Source: Patescibacteria group bacterium
GTDB taxonomy: Bacteria > Patescibacteriota > Patescibacteriia > UBA10025 > JBIOWE01
Direction: 5' to 3'
NCBI GenBank assembly: GCA_044868145.1
Contig: JBIOWE010000004.1
Span: 137,395 to 201,394 of the forward strand
DNA: 64,000 nt
Shown piece by piece: positions 18,805-28,145 of this stretch. A program made the position numbers and the translations under genes. Every line of letters begins with the position of its first letter. The first letter of the stretch is position 1. Under the pieces are notes generated by a model, which made no database searches, had not been told where the DNA came from, and was given only the letters and a program-made list of their open reading frames with translations.

Positions 18805-20058
18805 ATGTCGGAACATATTATCGATCTGCACGTGCACTCAAAGTACTCGCGTGCGGTTTCGCAAAAGATGGACTTGGAGAACATGCAGCTCTGGGCGAAG
18901 AAAAAAGGCATCGGTGTTATCTCGACATCGGACTTTACGCATCCCGCATGGTTTGCCGAGCTAAAAAAGAAACTCACGCAAAACGATCGTGGGCTTTTTT
19001 CATTAAAAGAAGGCGCTGATCCAGCGGTTTCGTTTTTTTTGACGACAGAAATTTCCTGCATCTACTCGCAAGGCGGACGGGTGCGTAGAATTCATATTGT
19101 GGTAGTAGCTCCAACGCTTGAGATTGTGGAAAAAATCAACGGTAAACTGAACGCCATTGGCAACTTGAAAGCCGACGGACGTCCCATTCTCGGACTCAAC
19201 GCAAAGGAGCTAGCGAAAATCGTACTCGGCGTTTCTCAGGAATGCCTGATCATTCCCGCGCATGCGTGGACACCCTGGTTTTCGCTGTTTGGCTCGGAGT
19301 CAGGTTTTGATTCGATTAATGAGTGCTTTGGCGATTTATCTCCGCAGATTTATGCACTCGAAACCGGGCTTTCATCTGACCCCGCCATGAACTGGCGCCT
19401 GTCGCAAGTGGATCGCTTGAATATCGTGTCGTCATCAGACGCGCACTCCCCTGCCAATCTTGGCCGGGAAGCGACCGTGCTCGAGCTCAACGAGCTAACG
19501 CACACAAACATCGTGGAAGCGATCAAAACCCACGGCAAACGAAATCATATCGCGTACACCATTGAATTTTTCCCGGAAGAGGGCAAGTACCATTGGGACG
19601 GTCATCGTAACTGCAAAAAACGCATGGCCCCAAAAGAAACGATAAAACTGAGAGGCATTTGTCCGGTGTGTAAAAAACCGCTTACCGTGGGTGTTATGCA
19701 TCGCGTGGAAAAACTCGCGGATCGCGAAGAAGGCTACACGTCAAAGAATCGCCCGCCATTCAAAAGCTTGGTGCCATTGGAAGAAATCATCGGTGAGGCG
19801 TTCGGTCAAAAAAAGGGCACGAAAAAAGTGCTCGCGGAATACGAACGAATCGTACAAGTGAAAAACGAGTTTGACGTCTTATTGCACGTGCCGCTTGAAG
19901 AATTGCAAACATTCTGCGATCCGATGGTCGTTGAAGGCATTAAGCGCGTTCGTGCAAAAAAATTGACCATCCTGCCAGGGTACGACGGCGTATATGGTAC
20001 AGTAAAAGTATTCAGCGAAAAGGAACGAACAAACAAAAAACAAGAAAGTTTATTTTAA
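18805..20058 (+). CDS. PHP-domain protein with C4 zinc finger (endonuclease Q-like)
   Basis: N-terminal HVHSKYSRA PHP metal-binding motif. Later CPVCKKPL...GVMHRVEKL Zn-ribbon. About 417 aa, matching EndoQ/TIGR00375-type architecture. Confidence 0.6.
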   Translation: MSEHIIDLHVHSKYSRAVSQKMDLENMQLWAKKKGIGVISTSDFTHPAWFAELKKKLTQNDRGLFSLKEGADPAVSFFLTTEISCIYSQGGRVRRIHIVVVAPTLEIVEKINGKLNAIGNLKADGRPILGLNAKELAKIVLGVSQECLIIPAHAWTPWFSLFGSESGFDSINECFGDLSPQIYALETGLSSDPAMNWRLSQVDRLNIVSSSDAHSPANLGREATVLELNELTHTNIVEAIKTHGKRNHIAYTIEFFPEEGKYHWDGHRNCKKRMAPKETIKLRGICPVCKKPLTVGVMHRVEKLADREEGYTSKNRPPFKSLVPLEEIIGEAFGQKKGTKKVLAEYERIVQVKNEFDVLLHVPLEELQTFCDPMVVEGIKRVRAKKLTILPGYDGVYGTVKVFSEKERTNKKQESLF

Positions 20059-20059
20059 T

Positions 20060-21529
20060 ATGCAAAGCAATCAAAAAAATATTCTAAGGCTCATTGTCGG
20101 CGCAATCATGATTTTTTCTGCAATGCCCGTAACTCCGGTCAAGGGCCAGGAAGTGCGTTCGATTACGTTTCCGGTGCTCGGATCAAACAGATTCGGCGAT
20201 GACTTTGGCGATCCGCGCTCCGGCGGCCGGGTCCATGAAGGTAACGACATCTTTGGCTTCAAGGGCCAACCGCTTCTCGCTACGGTGGATGGCACGCTCA
20301 GGTCCGTCCCTTACCCCGAGCCTTATTGGGGATACGCCATTACCATTGAAGACGAGGATGGGTATGCGTATGTCTATTACCACGTGAATAACGATACACC
20401 GGGAACCGACGACGGACTCGGTGGTGGGATGAATGCCTATGCGCCTGATATGGAGCGCGGTAATCCCGTTGTCGCGGGCCAGATTATCGGATGGATGGGC
20501 GATAGCGGTAATGCCGAAGGAACGGCCCCACATTTACACTTCGAGATACGCACGCCTAATTACACACCTATCAACCCCTATGAATCCCTGTTGGCGGCCC
20601 AACACGTCAGTCGAGCGACCATTCCCCCGCCGCTTCCCGGTGAACTCCTACCTTTCGGCGAATTCCGAGGCGGTGCGCGCATAGCTGTCGGTGACGTTCA
20701 TCCGACCGCTGGCGAGGAGCTCGTCGTCGGTGCTGGCCCGGGCGGTGGGCCGCAAGTGCGCATCTATGATAGCCAGAATCAACTCCTAAGCCAATTCTTC
20801 GCGCTGCCGACCACGTTTCGAGGAGGCGTAGACGTTGCCACGGGTGATGTTGATGGCGATGGACTCTCCGAGATTATTGTTGGCAATGGCCCGGGAGCCG
20901 ATCCGGAAGTACGCGTTTTTAAAAGTGACGGCACGCTTGTGTCTATGTTCCTCGCGTATCCAAGCGGTCTTCGTACCGGCATTAGCGTTGCGTCAGCAGA
21001 TTTGAATTTCGACGGCAAGGCAGACATAGTCACTGCACCAAGCCGCGGTGCTGGACCGCTCGTGCGCATCTTTAACGCGGACGGAACGGTGCTTGGCCAG
21101 TTCTTCGCGTACAGCCAAACGTTCCGCGGCGGCGTGGACGTTGCCGCGGTTGACGCGACGACTGAATCAGACGCCGCGATCATCACAGGCGCAGGGACAA
21201 CCGGTGGCCCGCACGTCCGCATCTTTAGTCCGAAAGCCGTACTCATGGGTCAGTTCATGGCTTACGACCCTGCGTTTCGCGGTGGCGTGCGCGTAACTGC
21301 CGGCAACATTCAAAACAACAACGAAGCGCCAGAGATTGCGGTTGCTCCCTTGTCCGGCGGCGGCCCGAACGTGCGCATCTATAATCTACAAGCGCAACTC
21401 ACGGGGTACTACACGCGGGAATTCGAAATCTGGTGGCGCGGGGGCTACGACGTTGCCGCTGGCGACAGCTCGCTCCGCATTTCCGCGGTTGGCGGACGGC
21501 GCGCGTCGGTCCGAGTGCTCACGGAGTAG
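20060..21529 (+). CDS. M23 family metallopeptidase with FG-GAP repeats
   Basis: Signal peptide. HEGNDIF...HLHFEIR are the LytM/M23 motifs. The C-terminal half has more than 6 FG-GAP/VCBS-like repeats (FRGGVDVATGDVDGDG..EVRVF). Confidence 0.8.
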   Translation: MQSNQKNILRLIVGAIMIFSAMPVTPVKGQEVRSITFPVLGSNRFGDDFGDPRSGGRVHEGNDIFGFKGQPLLATVDGTLRSVPYPEPYWGYAITIEDEDGYAYVYYHVNNDTPGTDDGLGGGMNAYAPDMERGNPVVAGQIIGWMGDSGNAEGTAPHLHFEIRTPNYTPINPYESLLAAQHVSRATIPPPLPGELLPFGEFRGGARIAVGDVHPTAGEELVVGAGPGGGPQVRIYDSQNQLLSQFFALPTTFRGGVDVATGDVDGDGLSEIIVGNGPGADPEVRVFKSDGTLVSMFLAYPSGLRTGISVASADLNFDGKADIVTAPSRGAGPLVRIFNADGTVLGQFFAYSQTFRGGVDVAAVDATTESDAAIITGAGTTGGPHVRIFSPKAVLMGQFMAYDPAFRGGVRVTAGNIQNNNEAPEIAVAPLSGGGPNVRIYNLQAQLTGYYTREFEIWWRGGYDVAAGDSSLRISAVGGRRASVRVLTE

Positions 21530-21578
21530 CATTGCTTGACGTGGTTAGTGTGGTGCACTATTGTTAGTACGCTTCATC

Positions 21579-21639
21579 AGTCATCCTGAACTCGTTTCAG
21601 GATCTCCCAATGGAGATGCCGAAACAAGTTCGGCATGAC
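21579..21639. repeat. composite palindromic repeat (second copy; modules in reversed order relative to 5883-5960), immediately 5-prime of tRNA-Ser
   Basis: agtcatcctgaactcgtttcaggatctccc, then aat, then ggagatgccgaaacaagttcggcatgac. Confidence 0.65.
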
Positions 21640-21644
21640 GGCGT

Positions 21645-21736
21645 GGTGGGATGCCAGAGCCCGGTTGAATGGGCCGCACTCGAAATGCGGTATACCCGTA
21701 AGGGTATCGGGGGTTCAAATCCCTCTCCCACCGCCA
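21645..21736 (+). tRNA. tRNA-Ser(CGA)
   Basis: Acceptor GGTGGGA/TCCCACC, discriminator G, encoded CCA. Anticodon arm CCGCA-CTCGAAA-TGCGG. Long variable arm ATACCCGTAAGGGTAT. T-arm GGGGG-TTCAAAT-CCCTC. Confidence 0.85.
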
Positions 21737-22143
21737 GAAATTCTTAATATTGAATACAATTCAAATGGCAAGCATCAGGCAACTCTGTTCGAGCTCTTAG
21801 CTTCCTTCGAACAGGCATTGTTGAAACTAATAATATGTTTGCGCGCATTGTTGATTTCATAAAGAATATATTGGGGTCAGGATTTATTCTATTCTATGCG
21901 GGAGGATTTCTTATTATACTCATTTTTTGGATTCGAGCATTTATTCGGCGTCGAAAACATCCAAAGCATTGGCCGCCCGACGTGTAGTTTTACTGAGTTG
22001 GGGACCGAAGGTGACGGCAATTAGCGGGAAAGTAGATGTCGTTCCCTATAAAAAGTTTTTCTACAGAGATTCCACTAATCCATACTCGAATGTGTTGATA
22101 TGATTTGAGAATACCAATATCGGAATTATCTTGGAAAATAATA

Positions 22144-22617
22144 ATGCCCAATAAAGCAGTTAAAAAACTTTTTAACTATTGGTTCGAACGCGGAAATCAA
22201 GAAGAGTCATGGGAGGATGGGATAAAATTTTTCTATTTTTATCTTAGTTTCAACATAGCCATAGCGTACCTTTCACAAGAAAATCACGACAAGGACATGT
22301 TGAATTGGCTTAAGAATCATCCGAATTCAATTGAGAAAGCTTTTAGGCGCCGCCTAGAATCAGCAGAATTTCTAAAGCAATTAAATATTTTAAAAGGGTT
22401 AGCTCCGATTAAAGATAATCGGCCGAAAAGTCAAGAAGAAAAACCCATAGATTCTGTTACAAACTTTGATCAAATTTTAGGGGCTATTTATCAAGTTCGA
22501 TGTAACTTTTTTCACGGAAGCCAAGTCCTAAATTATTCAAAAGACCAAAGTATTATTCAATGCTCAACATATATTCTGAAATATTGGATGGAAGTTTTGT
22601 ATACCAGAGGTTTTTAG
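22144..22617 (+). CDS. hypothetical protein with HEPN-like Rx4H motif, in an AT-rich islet
   Basis: About 33% GC versus about 50% in the flanks. ...GAIYQVRCNFFHGSQ contains R-x4-H. Lies directly downstream of tRNA-Ser. Confidence 0.5.
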   Translation: MPNKAVKKLFNYWFERGNQEESWEDGIKFFYFYLSFNIAIAYLSQENHDKDMLNWLKNHPNSIEKAFRRRLESAEFLKQLNILKGLAPIKDNRPKSQEEKPIDSVTNFDQILGAIYQVRCNFFHGSQVLNYSKDQSIIQCSTYILKYWMEVLYTRGF

Positions 22618-22729
22618 AGAACTATTATCCATGTACCTCAAACCGTGCCCTAAAAAACTTATTATTCTTGCACTGGTTGGATACCTAACTCGAATGGCAC
22701 GCCAGCATTCTTGATCCGGTACAACAACA

Positions 22730-24061
22730 GTGAGGAAAATTCCCCACTAACCTGACCATCTTCCAAAAAAAATTATCTCAACAAAGCAAAAAACAAACGT
22801 CCTCATTGTTGGAGCGGGTTGTGCGGGGCTTATGGCCGCGTATGAGCTTGGGAAATCCGGAAAAAAGGTAATGATACTCGAGGCGCGCGAGAGAATTGGC
22901 GGGCGCGTTTGGGCTCTTCCGGAAGAACTCTTTGGCTACCACGCGCAAGCAGGCGCGGAGTTTGTTCATGGGAACGCGCCAATAACAAAGTCCATCGCCA
23001 ACAAGGCGGGCGCGACGCTCATACCGATGCAGGGTGATAGGTGGAGTTCAATCAATGGAACACTCTCTCCGAATCAAGAGCTCGGGCGCGACTGGGGCTT
23101 GTTGCATCAAAAACTCAAGGAGTTGCACCATGATATGCCGATTGTGGAATTTCTAGAGAAATATTTCGCAGATGAAAAATTTGCCGATCTTCGAACGTCG
23201 ATCATCAGAATGGTCGAAGGATATGATGCCGCAGACCCTTATCGTATCAGCACGTTTACGCTCCGCGATGAATGGCTGGGCGGCAAAGAATGGATACAGT
23301 ATCGGATAAAAGAGGGCTACGGCGTGTTGCTGAAATTTCTTGAATCAGAATGTAAAAAATATCGCACTGAAATTCATTTGAACACGGTTGTCAAAACAAT
23401 AGAGAAAAATAAGAACGACGTAACCGTGCGCACGCTGAACGGTGACTCATATAGCGCAGAGAAAGTTATCGTAACCGTTCCGTTACCCGTATTGCAAAGT
23501 ATCAAGTTTTCTCCGGACATCCCGGAAAAGCGAAAAGCCTCTGAACAGATGGGATTCGGCAATGTCATAAAAATTCTTCTTCGATTCAAGCGCCAGTGGT
23601 GGGTGAATGTTGCGGGCAAAGATCTCGCTGCAATGAACTTTATCTTTTCAAACGAACGAGTGCCGGTGTGGTGGACGCAGTATCCCGATCCTGTTCCCCT
23701 GCTCACTGGCTGGCTCGCTGGCCCAAAAACAAAAAGGTTTATCAAGAGCTCGCACGAAGACATCATTGAAGCATCTTTCGTTTCTCTTGCAAATATGTTT
23801 TCGATGCAGAAAGAGTCTATTAAAAAAGAGCTTACCTATTCAGGGGTGTACGATTGGTCAACCGACCAATTTGCCAAAGGCGCCTACAGCTACGACACGA
23901 CCGAATCGCAATCAGCTCGTAATGCGTTGGTTCGACCTATCGGAAACGCGATCTTCTTCGCCGGCGAGGCGTTGTACAGTGGACAGGACTCCGCGACGGT
24001 TGAAGGGGCGCTGGCGAGCGGACAAGAAGTGGCGCGGAGAATGTACCCAAAAATGACTTAG
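22730..24061 (+). CDS. FAD-dependent amine oxidase family oxidoreductase
   Basis: The ORF-track ATG at 22832 cuts through the dinucleotide-binding motif (SLIVGAGCAGLMAAYELGKSGKKVMILEARERIGGR). The in-frame extension reaches a GTG at 22730, with a stop at 22712-22714. No in-frame ATG lies upstream of the motif. Confidence 0.7.
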
Positions 24062-24073
24062 CCGTGAAATTTA

Positions 24074-24523
24074 ATGGAAATCATCAAAAAATATAAAGTG
24101 TTGCTTGTCCTCGCTCTCATAGTGATTGTTGGTGTTGTTTTCTTTTTTTCTCGTCTTTATCATAATGACGTGAGAGCACTCACAGATTTTGTAGCTTCCT
24201 ACGAAAAATTCGATAAGACAATGTCAGATTTCTCCATCGGCGGGACTGATGATTTGGAGAGCAAAGCCGGCGATGCTCTGATCGAACTGAATGCAAAAGC
24301 GACTTTTCGACTATCTTCTTTAATCAAACATGATGCACTCATTCCTCCCTTGGCACGTGAGATCGCGGATTTTTCTGCAAAAGAACTCGATACTCTGCGC
24401 GCTTATAAAAGAGCAATACAAAGTGAAAATGCTGATTTGGATGGGTTGGGTAAAGAGTACGACGATTTAATGAACAAAAGAAAAACTGCCTACGCTCGTT
24501 TTCGGGGGCTTGAATCTAAATAA
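24074..24523 (+). CDS. hypothetical membrane-anchored protein
   Basis: N-terminal TM helix, then a helical domain. Confidence 0.45.
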   Translation: MEIIKKYKVLLVLALIVIVGVVFFFSRLYHNDVRALTDFVASYEKFDKTMSDFSIGGTDDLESKAGDALIELNAKATFRLSSLIKHDALIPPLAREIADFSAKELDTLRAYKRAIQSENADLDGLGKEYDDLMNKRKTAYARFRGLESK

Positions 24524-24646
24524 AGAAAAATATTGGCCAAGGCAGGAATATTTTCAAACAGACACCGAGGATTGACGTCGCTCCCTTATCAATGTATAAT
24601 AATAGTAATAGTTTGAGTTTATCAATAAAATTAAAGCACGAAAAAT

Positions 24647-25405
24647 ATGCATTCCTCACGTATTCGTTCTTGGATAATTGGCCTGGTCGTGGCCATTGCG
24701 GTGCTGTCGGTCGCTACTGCGGTCTACGCCACACACGCCTGGGGTCCATACCACTGGGCACGAACGGCAAACCCGTTCACGATCAAACTCGGTGACAACG
24801 TCTCTAGCGCGTGGGACAGCTATCTCGCCACAGCCTCTGCTGACTGGAGCGCGTCGAGCGTTCTGGACACCACGGTTGTCGCCGGCGCGTCAAAAGGGAA
24901 TTGTCGGCCAACAAAAGGGCGAGTGGAAGTGTGCAGCAAAACCTACGGATACAACGGCTGGCTCGGCCTCGCGCAGATCTGGATTGACGCAAACAACCAT
25001 ATTACACAGGGTGTGACGAAGATGAATGACACATACTTCAACACCTCAACGTACAACACGCCTGCCTGGAAGCAGTTCGTGGTCTGCCAGGAAGTCGGTC
25101 ATACCTTTGGTCTTACTCATCAAGATGAGAATTTCAACAACACGAATCTCGGTTCTTGCATGGACTACACGAATGACCCCGATGGTACTCTCTCCGGCCA
25201 GCTCAGTAATTTGCACCCGAACCAACACGACTACGACGAGCTCGTGCTGATCTACTCGCATCTCGACAGCTACACCTCGCTGAGCGCGCTCCTACCTGGT
25301 GGTACGGGAAAGGGCGGTCTGGCGGCCGGTGTCTCTCCTTCTGTCAATGTCCGCGACCTCGGTAATGGCGAGAAGGTCGTAACCTTCATTTACTGGACTC
25401 AATAA
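24647..25405 (+). CDS. secreted zincin-like metalloprotease (variant motif QEVGHTFGLTH)
   Basis: Signal/TM N-terminus. The motif has the HExxHxxGxxH spacing of metzincins or snapalysin-like proteases, but the first His is replaced by Gln. Confidence 0.45.
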   Translation: MHSSRIRSWIIGLVVAIAVLSVATAVYATHAWGPYHWARTANPFTIKLGDNVSSAWDSYLATASADWSASSVLDTTVVAGASKGNCRPTKGRVEVCSKTYGYNGWLGLAQIWIDANNHITQGVTKMNDTYFNTSTYNTPAWKQFVVCQEVGHTFGLTHQDENFNNTNLGSCMDYTNDPDGTLSGQLSNLHPNQHDYDELVLIYSHLDSYTSLSALLPGGTGKGGLAAGVSPSVNVRDLGNGEKVVTFIYWTQ

Positions 25406-25481
25406 TAATCCTCATTACCTGACACAGCCCTGACGTAACGTCGGGGCTGTTGTGTTATACTGTCCATACAACCTCTTACTT

Positions 25482-25967
25482 ATGAACAAAAAATCACTCA
25501 TTGTCATTGTCCTCATTGCCGCTGCCGTAACCACCGCGGCCTGGTTTTTTCAGAAGAATACTGCGAAACAAAATGAGAATGGTACGACGAGCGGTCTCTT
25601 TGTGAGCGCGAACGCGATTTACGTCGCGGATCAAATGCCCGCTCGCACGGTGGCGGTAGCGGTTGTACGGCTTGCGCAGCCAGGCTTCGTGGCGATTCAT
25701 CAGGACGTCAATGGTATGCCCGGGAAGATTCTCGGCGTAAGCGGCCTGCTGCTGGCGGGCGAAACAAAGAACCTTCCGCCGATCGCGCTTTCCCGCGAAA
25801 CGGCGAACGACGAGACGTTCTTCGCGATGCTCCATCGCGACGATGGCGATGGCACCTTCGACGAAGCGAAAGACGCCCCGGCGCCTGACTCAACGACCGG
25901 CGAACCCGTGATGATGATGTTCACCGTCAGTGCGGATGCGACCGAACCTGGGGCGGTGACCCTGTAG
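25482..25967 (+). CDS. hypothetical secreted protein
   Basis: Signal peptide after the MNKKSL start. No motif recognised. Confidence 0.45.
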   Translation: MNKKSLIVIVLIAAAVTTAAWFFQKNTAKQNENGTTSGLFVSANAIYVADQMPARTVAVAVVRLAQPGFVAIHQDVNGMPGKILGVSGLLLAGETKNLPPIALSRETANDETFFAMLHRDDGDGTFDEAKDAPAPDSTTGEPVMMMFTVSADATEPGAVTL

Positions 25968-26119
25968 AACCGTCGATTTGGGCGACAGGTTTACGTCGCT
26001 CGCATTTTTTACTAACGAGAAGTACTATCAACGATACCCGACAAAATATACTCATTATCACCCGCGTCTTTGACGCGCCAGTTGAACGCGTTTGGAAGGT
26101 ATGGTCTGACCCGACCGAG

Positions 26120-26521
26120 ATGAAGAAATGGTGGGGGCCGGCGAATTTCACCGCGCCGTCGATCACCATGGATTTCCGTGTCGGCGGGAAATACTTGTAT
26201 TGTATGCACGGCCAGCCCGCGCCGGGTGCGCCGGCGAAAGACTTCTGGAGCACCGGTACCTACAAGGAAATCGTGCCGCTGAAAAAAATCGTCTGCACTG
26301 ACAGCTTTGCCGATGAAAAAGGCAACATCGTACCCGCAACTCACTACGGCATGGGAGATTTCCCGATGGAACTTGAGGTGACTATCATGTTTGAAGAGAT
26401 CCAGGGCGGGAAGACCAAAATGACCTTGCGGCACGTTGGCATGCCCGCTGGCCCAAACAGCGAGGGCGCCACTGCTGGTTGGAACGGGTCGTTTGATAAA
26501 TTGGCGGAGAGTCTCAAATAA
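26120..26521 (+). CDS. SRPBCC (AHSA1/START-like) domain protein; conserved N-terminus lies upstream of the first ATG
   Basis: The in-frame upstream translation ...ILIITRVFDAPVERVWKVWSDPTEMKKWWGP is the canonical AHSA1-domain start, but there is no ATG, GTG or TTG in frame between the stop at 25974-25976 and 26120. Confidence 0.5.
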   Translation: MKKWWGPANFTAPSITMDFRVGGKYLYCMHGQPAPGAPAKDFWSTGTYKEIVPLKKIVCTDSFADEKGNIVPATHYGMGDFPMELEVTIMFEEIQGGKTKMTLRHVGMPAGPNSEGATAGWNGSFDKLAESLK

Positions 26522-26574
26522 GTAAGGTTGAATACTGTATCGTGTAAGGCCTCCTAACGCGTTTGCTACATTGA

Positions 26575-26802
26575 TCCTTATGCCGAACGTCGCCCAAACA
26601 TATCGTATATCACAGAGATGGCACGATCTGGGCCAAAGGAAACTTGAAAAGCGGAAAACCCGATGGATATTGGGAGTGGTTTCGGAAAGATGGGACTAAG
26701 ATGCGTTCCGGACATTTTAAAAAGGGCAAGCAAGTTGGCACCTGGATTACCTATGATCAAAAAGGTCACGTGTACAAAACAACACTCATTAATGAAAAAT
26801 AA
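26575..26802 (+). CDS. MORN-variant (YwqK-like) repeat protein fragment, no canonical start
   Basis: DGTIWAKGNLKSGKPDGYWEWFRKDGTKMRSGHFKKGKQVGTWITYDQKGHVY shows G-x-W-x-x-Y/F repeats. The ORF opens after a TGA stop but contains no ATG, GTG or TTG start. Confidence 0.3.
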   Translation, partial: SLCRTSPKHIVYHRDGTIWAKGNLKSGKPDGYWEWFRKDGTKMRSGHFKKGKQVGTWITYDQKGHVYKTTLINEK

Positions 26803-26821
26803 TAATTAAATGAGGAACTCC

Positions 26822-27334
26822 ATGTCTCGCTACGCGAGATCTGGCGAAGCCAGACAAAAAATCACACCGCATTTATGGTTCGATACACAAGCCGAAGAAG
26901 CGGCCAATTTTTATACGTCAATCTTCAAGAATTCAAAGATTAAAAACATAGCCCGCTATCCGAAAGCGGCTGAGGAAGTGTCGGGAAAGAAAACCGGATC
27001 CGCCATGACGGTAGCGTTTACGCTTGAGGGTCAAGACTTCGTGGCACTGAATGGCGGTCCAGTATTCAAATTTAATGAATCGATTTCGTTCATCGTGAAC
27101 TGCGCATCGCAAGAAGAAGTGGACTACTATTGGGAGAAGCTCTCCGCAGATCCAAAGGCAGAACAATGTGGCTGGCTGAAGGACAAATACGGTGTGTCAT
27201 GGCAAATCGTTCCGAGCGCGTTAAGCGAAATGCTCAAAGCTAATGACCCGAAGAAATCAGAAAATGTGATGGCAGCCTTGTTGAAAATGAAAAAACTTGA
27301 CATTAAAACATTACAACAAGCATATGATCAATAA
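26822..27334 (+). CDS. VOC-family (PhnB-like glyoxalase/bleomycin-resistance fold) protein
   Basis: The KITPHLWFD N-terminus is typical of the PhnB/3-demethylubiquinone methyltransferase-like family. A GAGGA Shine-Dalgarno sequence lies before the ATG at 26822. Confidence 0.7.
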   Translation: MSRYARSGEARQKITPHLWFDTQAEEAANFYTSIFKNSKIKNIARYPKAAEEVSGKKTGSAMTVAFTLEGQDFVALNGGPVFKFNESISFIVNCASQEEVDYYWEKLSADPKAEQCGWLKDKYGVSWQIVPSALSEMLKANDPKKSENVMAALLKMKKLDIKTLQQAYDQ

Positions 27335-27348
27335 TAAAGGTTATATCT

Positions 27349-27744
27349 ATGGCTAACCCAAAAGGCACCAAGCAGAATCCTTGGAAACTCAAAACCCCAC
27401 CCGGGACATCCAAATACACCATCTATCAAGACGGCGATGTACTGGTCTGCACCGTTGGCAAAACGGTCTTGCAGTATGACGCCCGGTGCATCAAGGACCT
27501 GCACGCCATGTTAAAAAAGCACGGCGACTGGATGGAGCTTGGCGCGGCGGATGAACAGAAACCGACCAAATCCTGGACCGTCGAAGGTTGGGCTCGGCAC
27601 TCGAAAAATCCGATCGGTGGGTGGTACGGCCTGAAGAAGGGTTTGCGCGGACGCTTCGCGATGTACATCCCGCCTCTCTTGGAAGCAATAGGCCTGGCTG
27701 AAGTCGAACACAATCCGCGTAACAACCGCATGCGAGCAAAATAA
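27349..27744 (+). CDS. hypothetical protein
   Basis: Intact 131 aa ORF, basic. No motif recognised. Confidence 0.45.
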   Translation: MANPKGTKQNPWKLKTPPGTSKYTIYQDGDVLVCTVGKTVLQYDARCIKDLHAMLKKHGDWMELGAADEQKPTKSWTVEGWARHSKNPIGGWYGLKKGLRGRFAMYIPPLLEAIGLAEVEHNPRNNRMRAK

Positions 27745-27748
27745 GTTC

Positions 27749-28132
27749 ATGAGCAAACTCGCTTCAAAGAATGGTAAAAAAGATATTGATGCATATATTG
27801 CCAAAGTGTCACCTGCGGCCCGGCCGATGTTGAAAAAAATTCGAGCGGCGATCAAAGCAGCGGCGCCGCAAGCCGAGGAGCGAATCAGCTATGGCATGCC
27901 CTACTATGGGTACCGAGGACGACTGGCGTACTTCGCGGCGTTTACGAACCATGTCAGTCTATTTGCCGTGCCTAGTCGAAAAATCCAAGCGACGTTTTCG
28001 CTACAACTCAAGCCATATCAAACAGGAAAGTCTACCTTGCAATTTCCGATTGGGTCAAAAGTGCCAGTTGTGCTCATACAGAAGCTTGTCAAAGCGCGCA
28101 TCAAAGAGAACATGGAAAAAAGAAAGGCATAA
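27749..28132 (+). CDS. DUF1801 (YdhG-like) domain protein
   Basis: IDAYIAK...RPMLKKIRAAIKAAAPQAEERISYGMPYY is the characteristic DUF1801 N-terminal pattern. Confidence 0.6.
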   Translation: MSKLASKNGKKDIDAYIAKVSPAARPMLKKIRAAIKAAAPQAEERISYGMPYYGYRGRLAYFAAFTNHVSLFAVPSRKIQATFSLQLKPYQTGKSTLQFPIGSKVPVVLIQKLVKARIKENMEKRKA

Positions 28133-28145
28133 AGGCCGCAAAGAT

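Noticed and set aside
21635-21862. 75-aa ORF
   Set aside because: Overlaps tRNA-Ser(CGA) in its first 100 nt.
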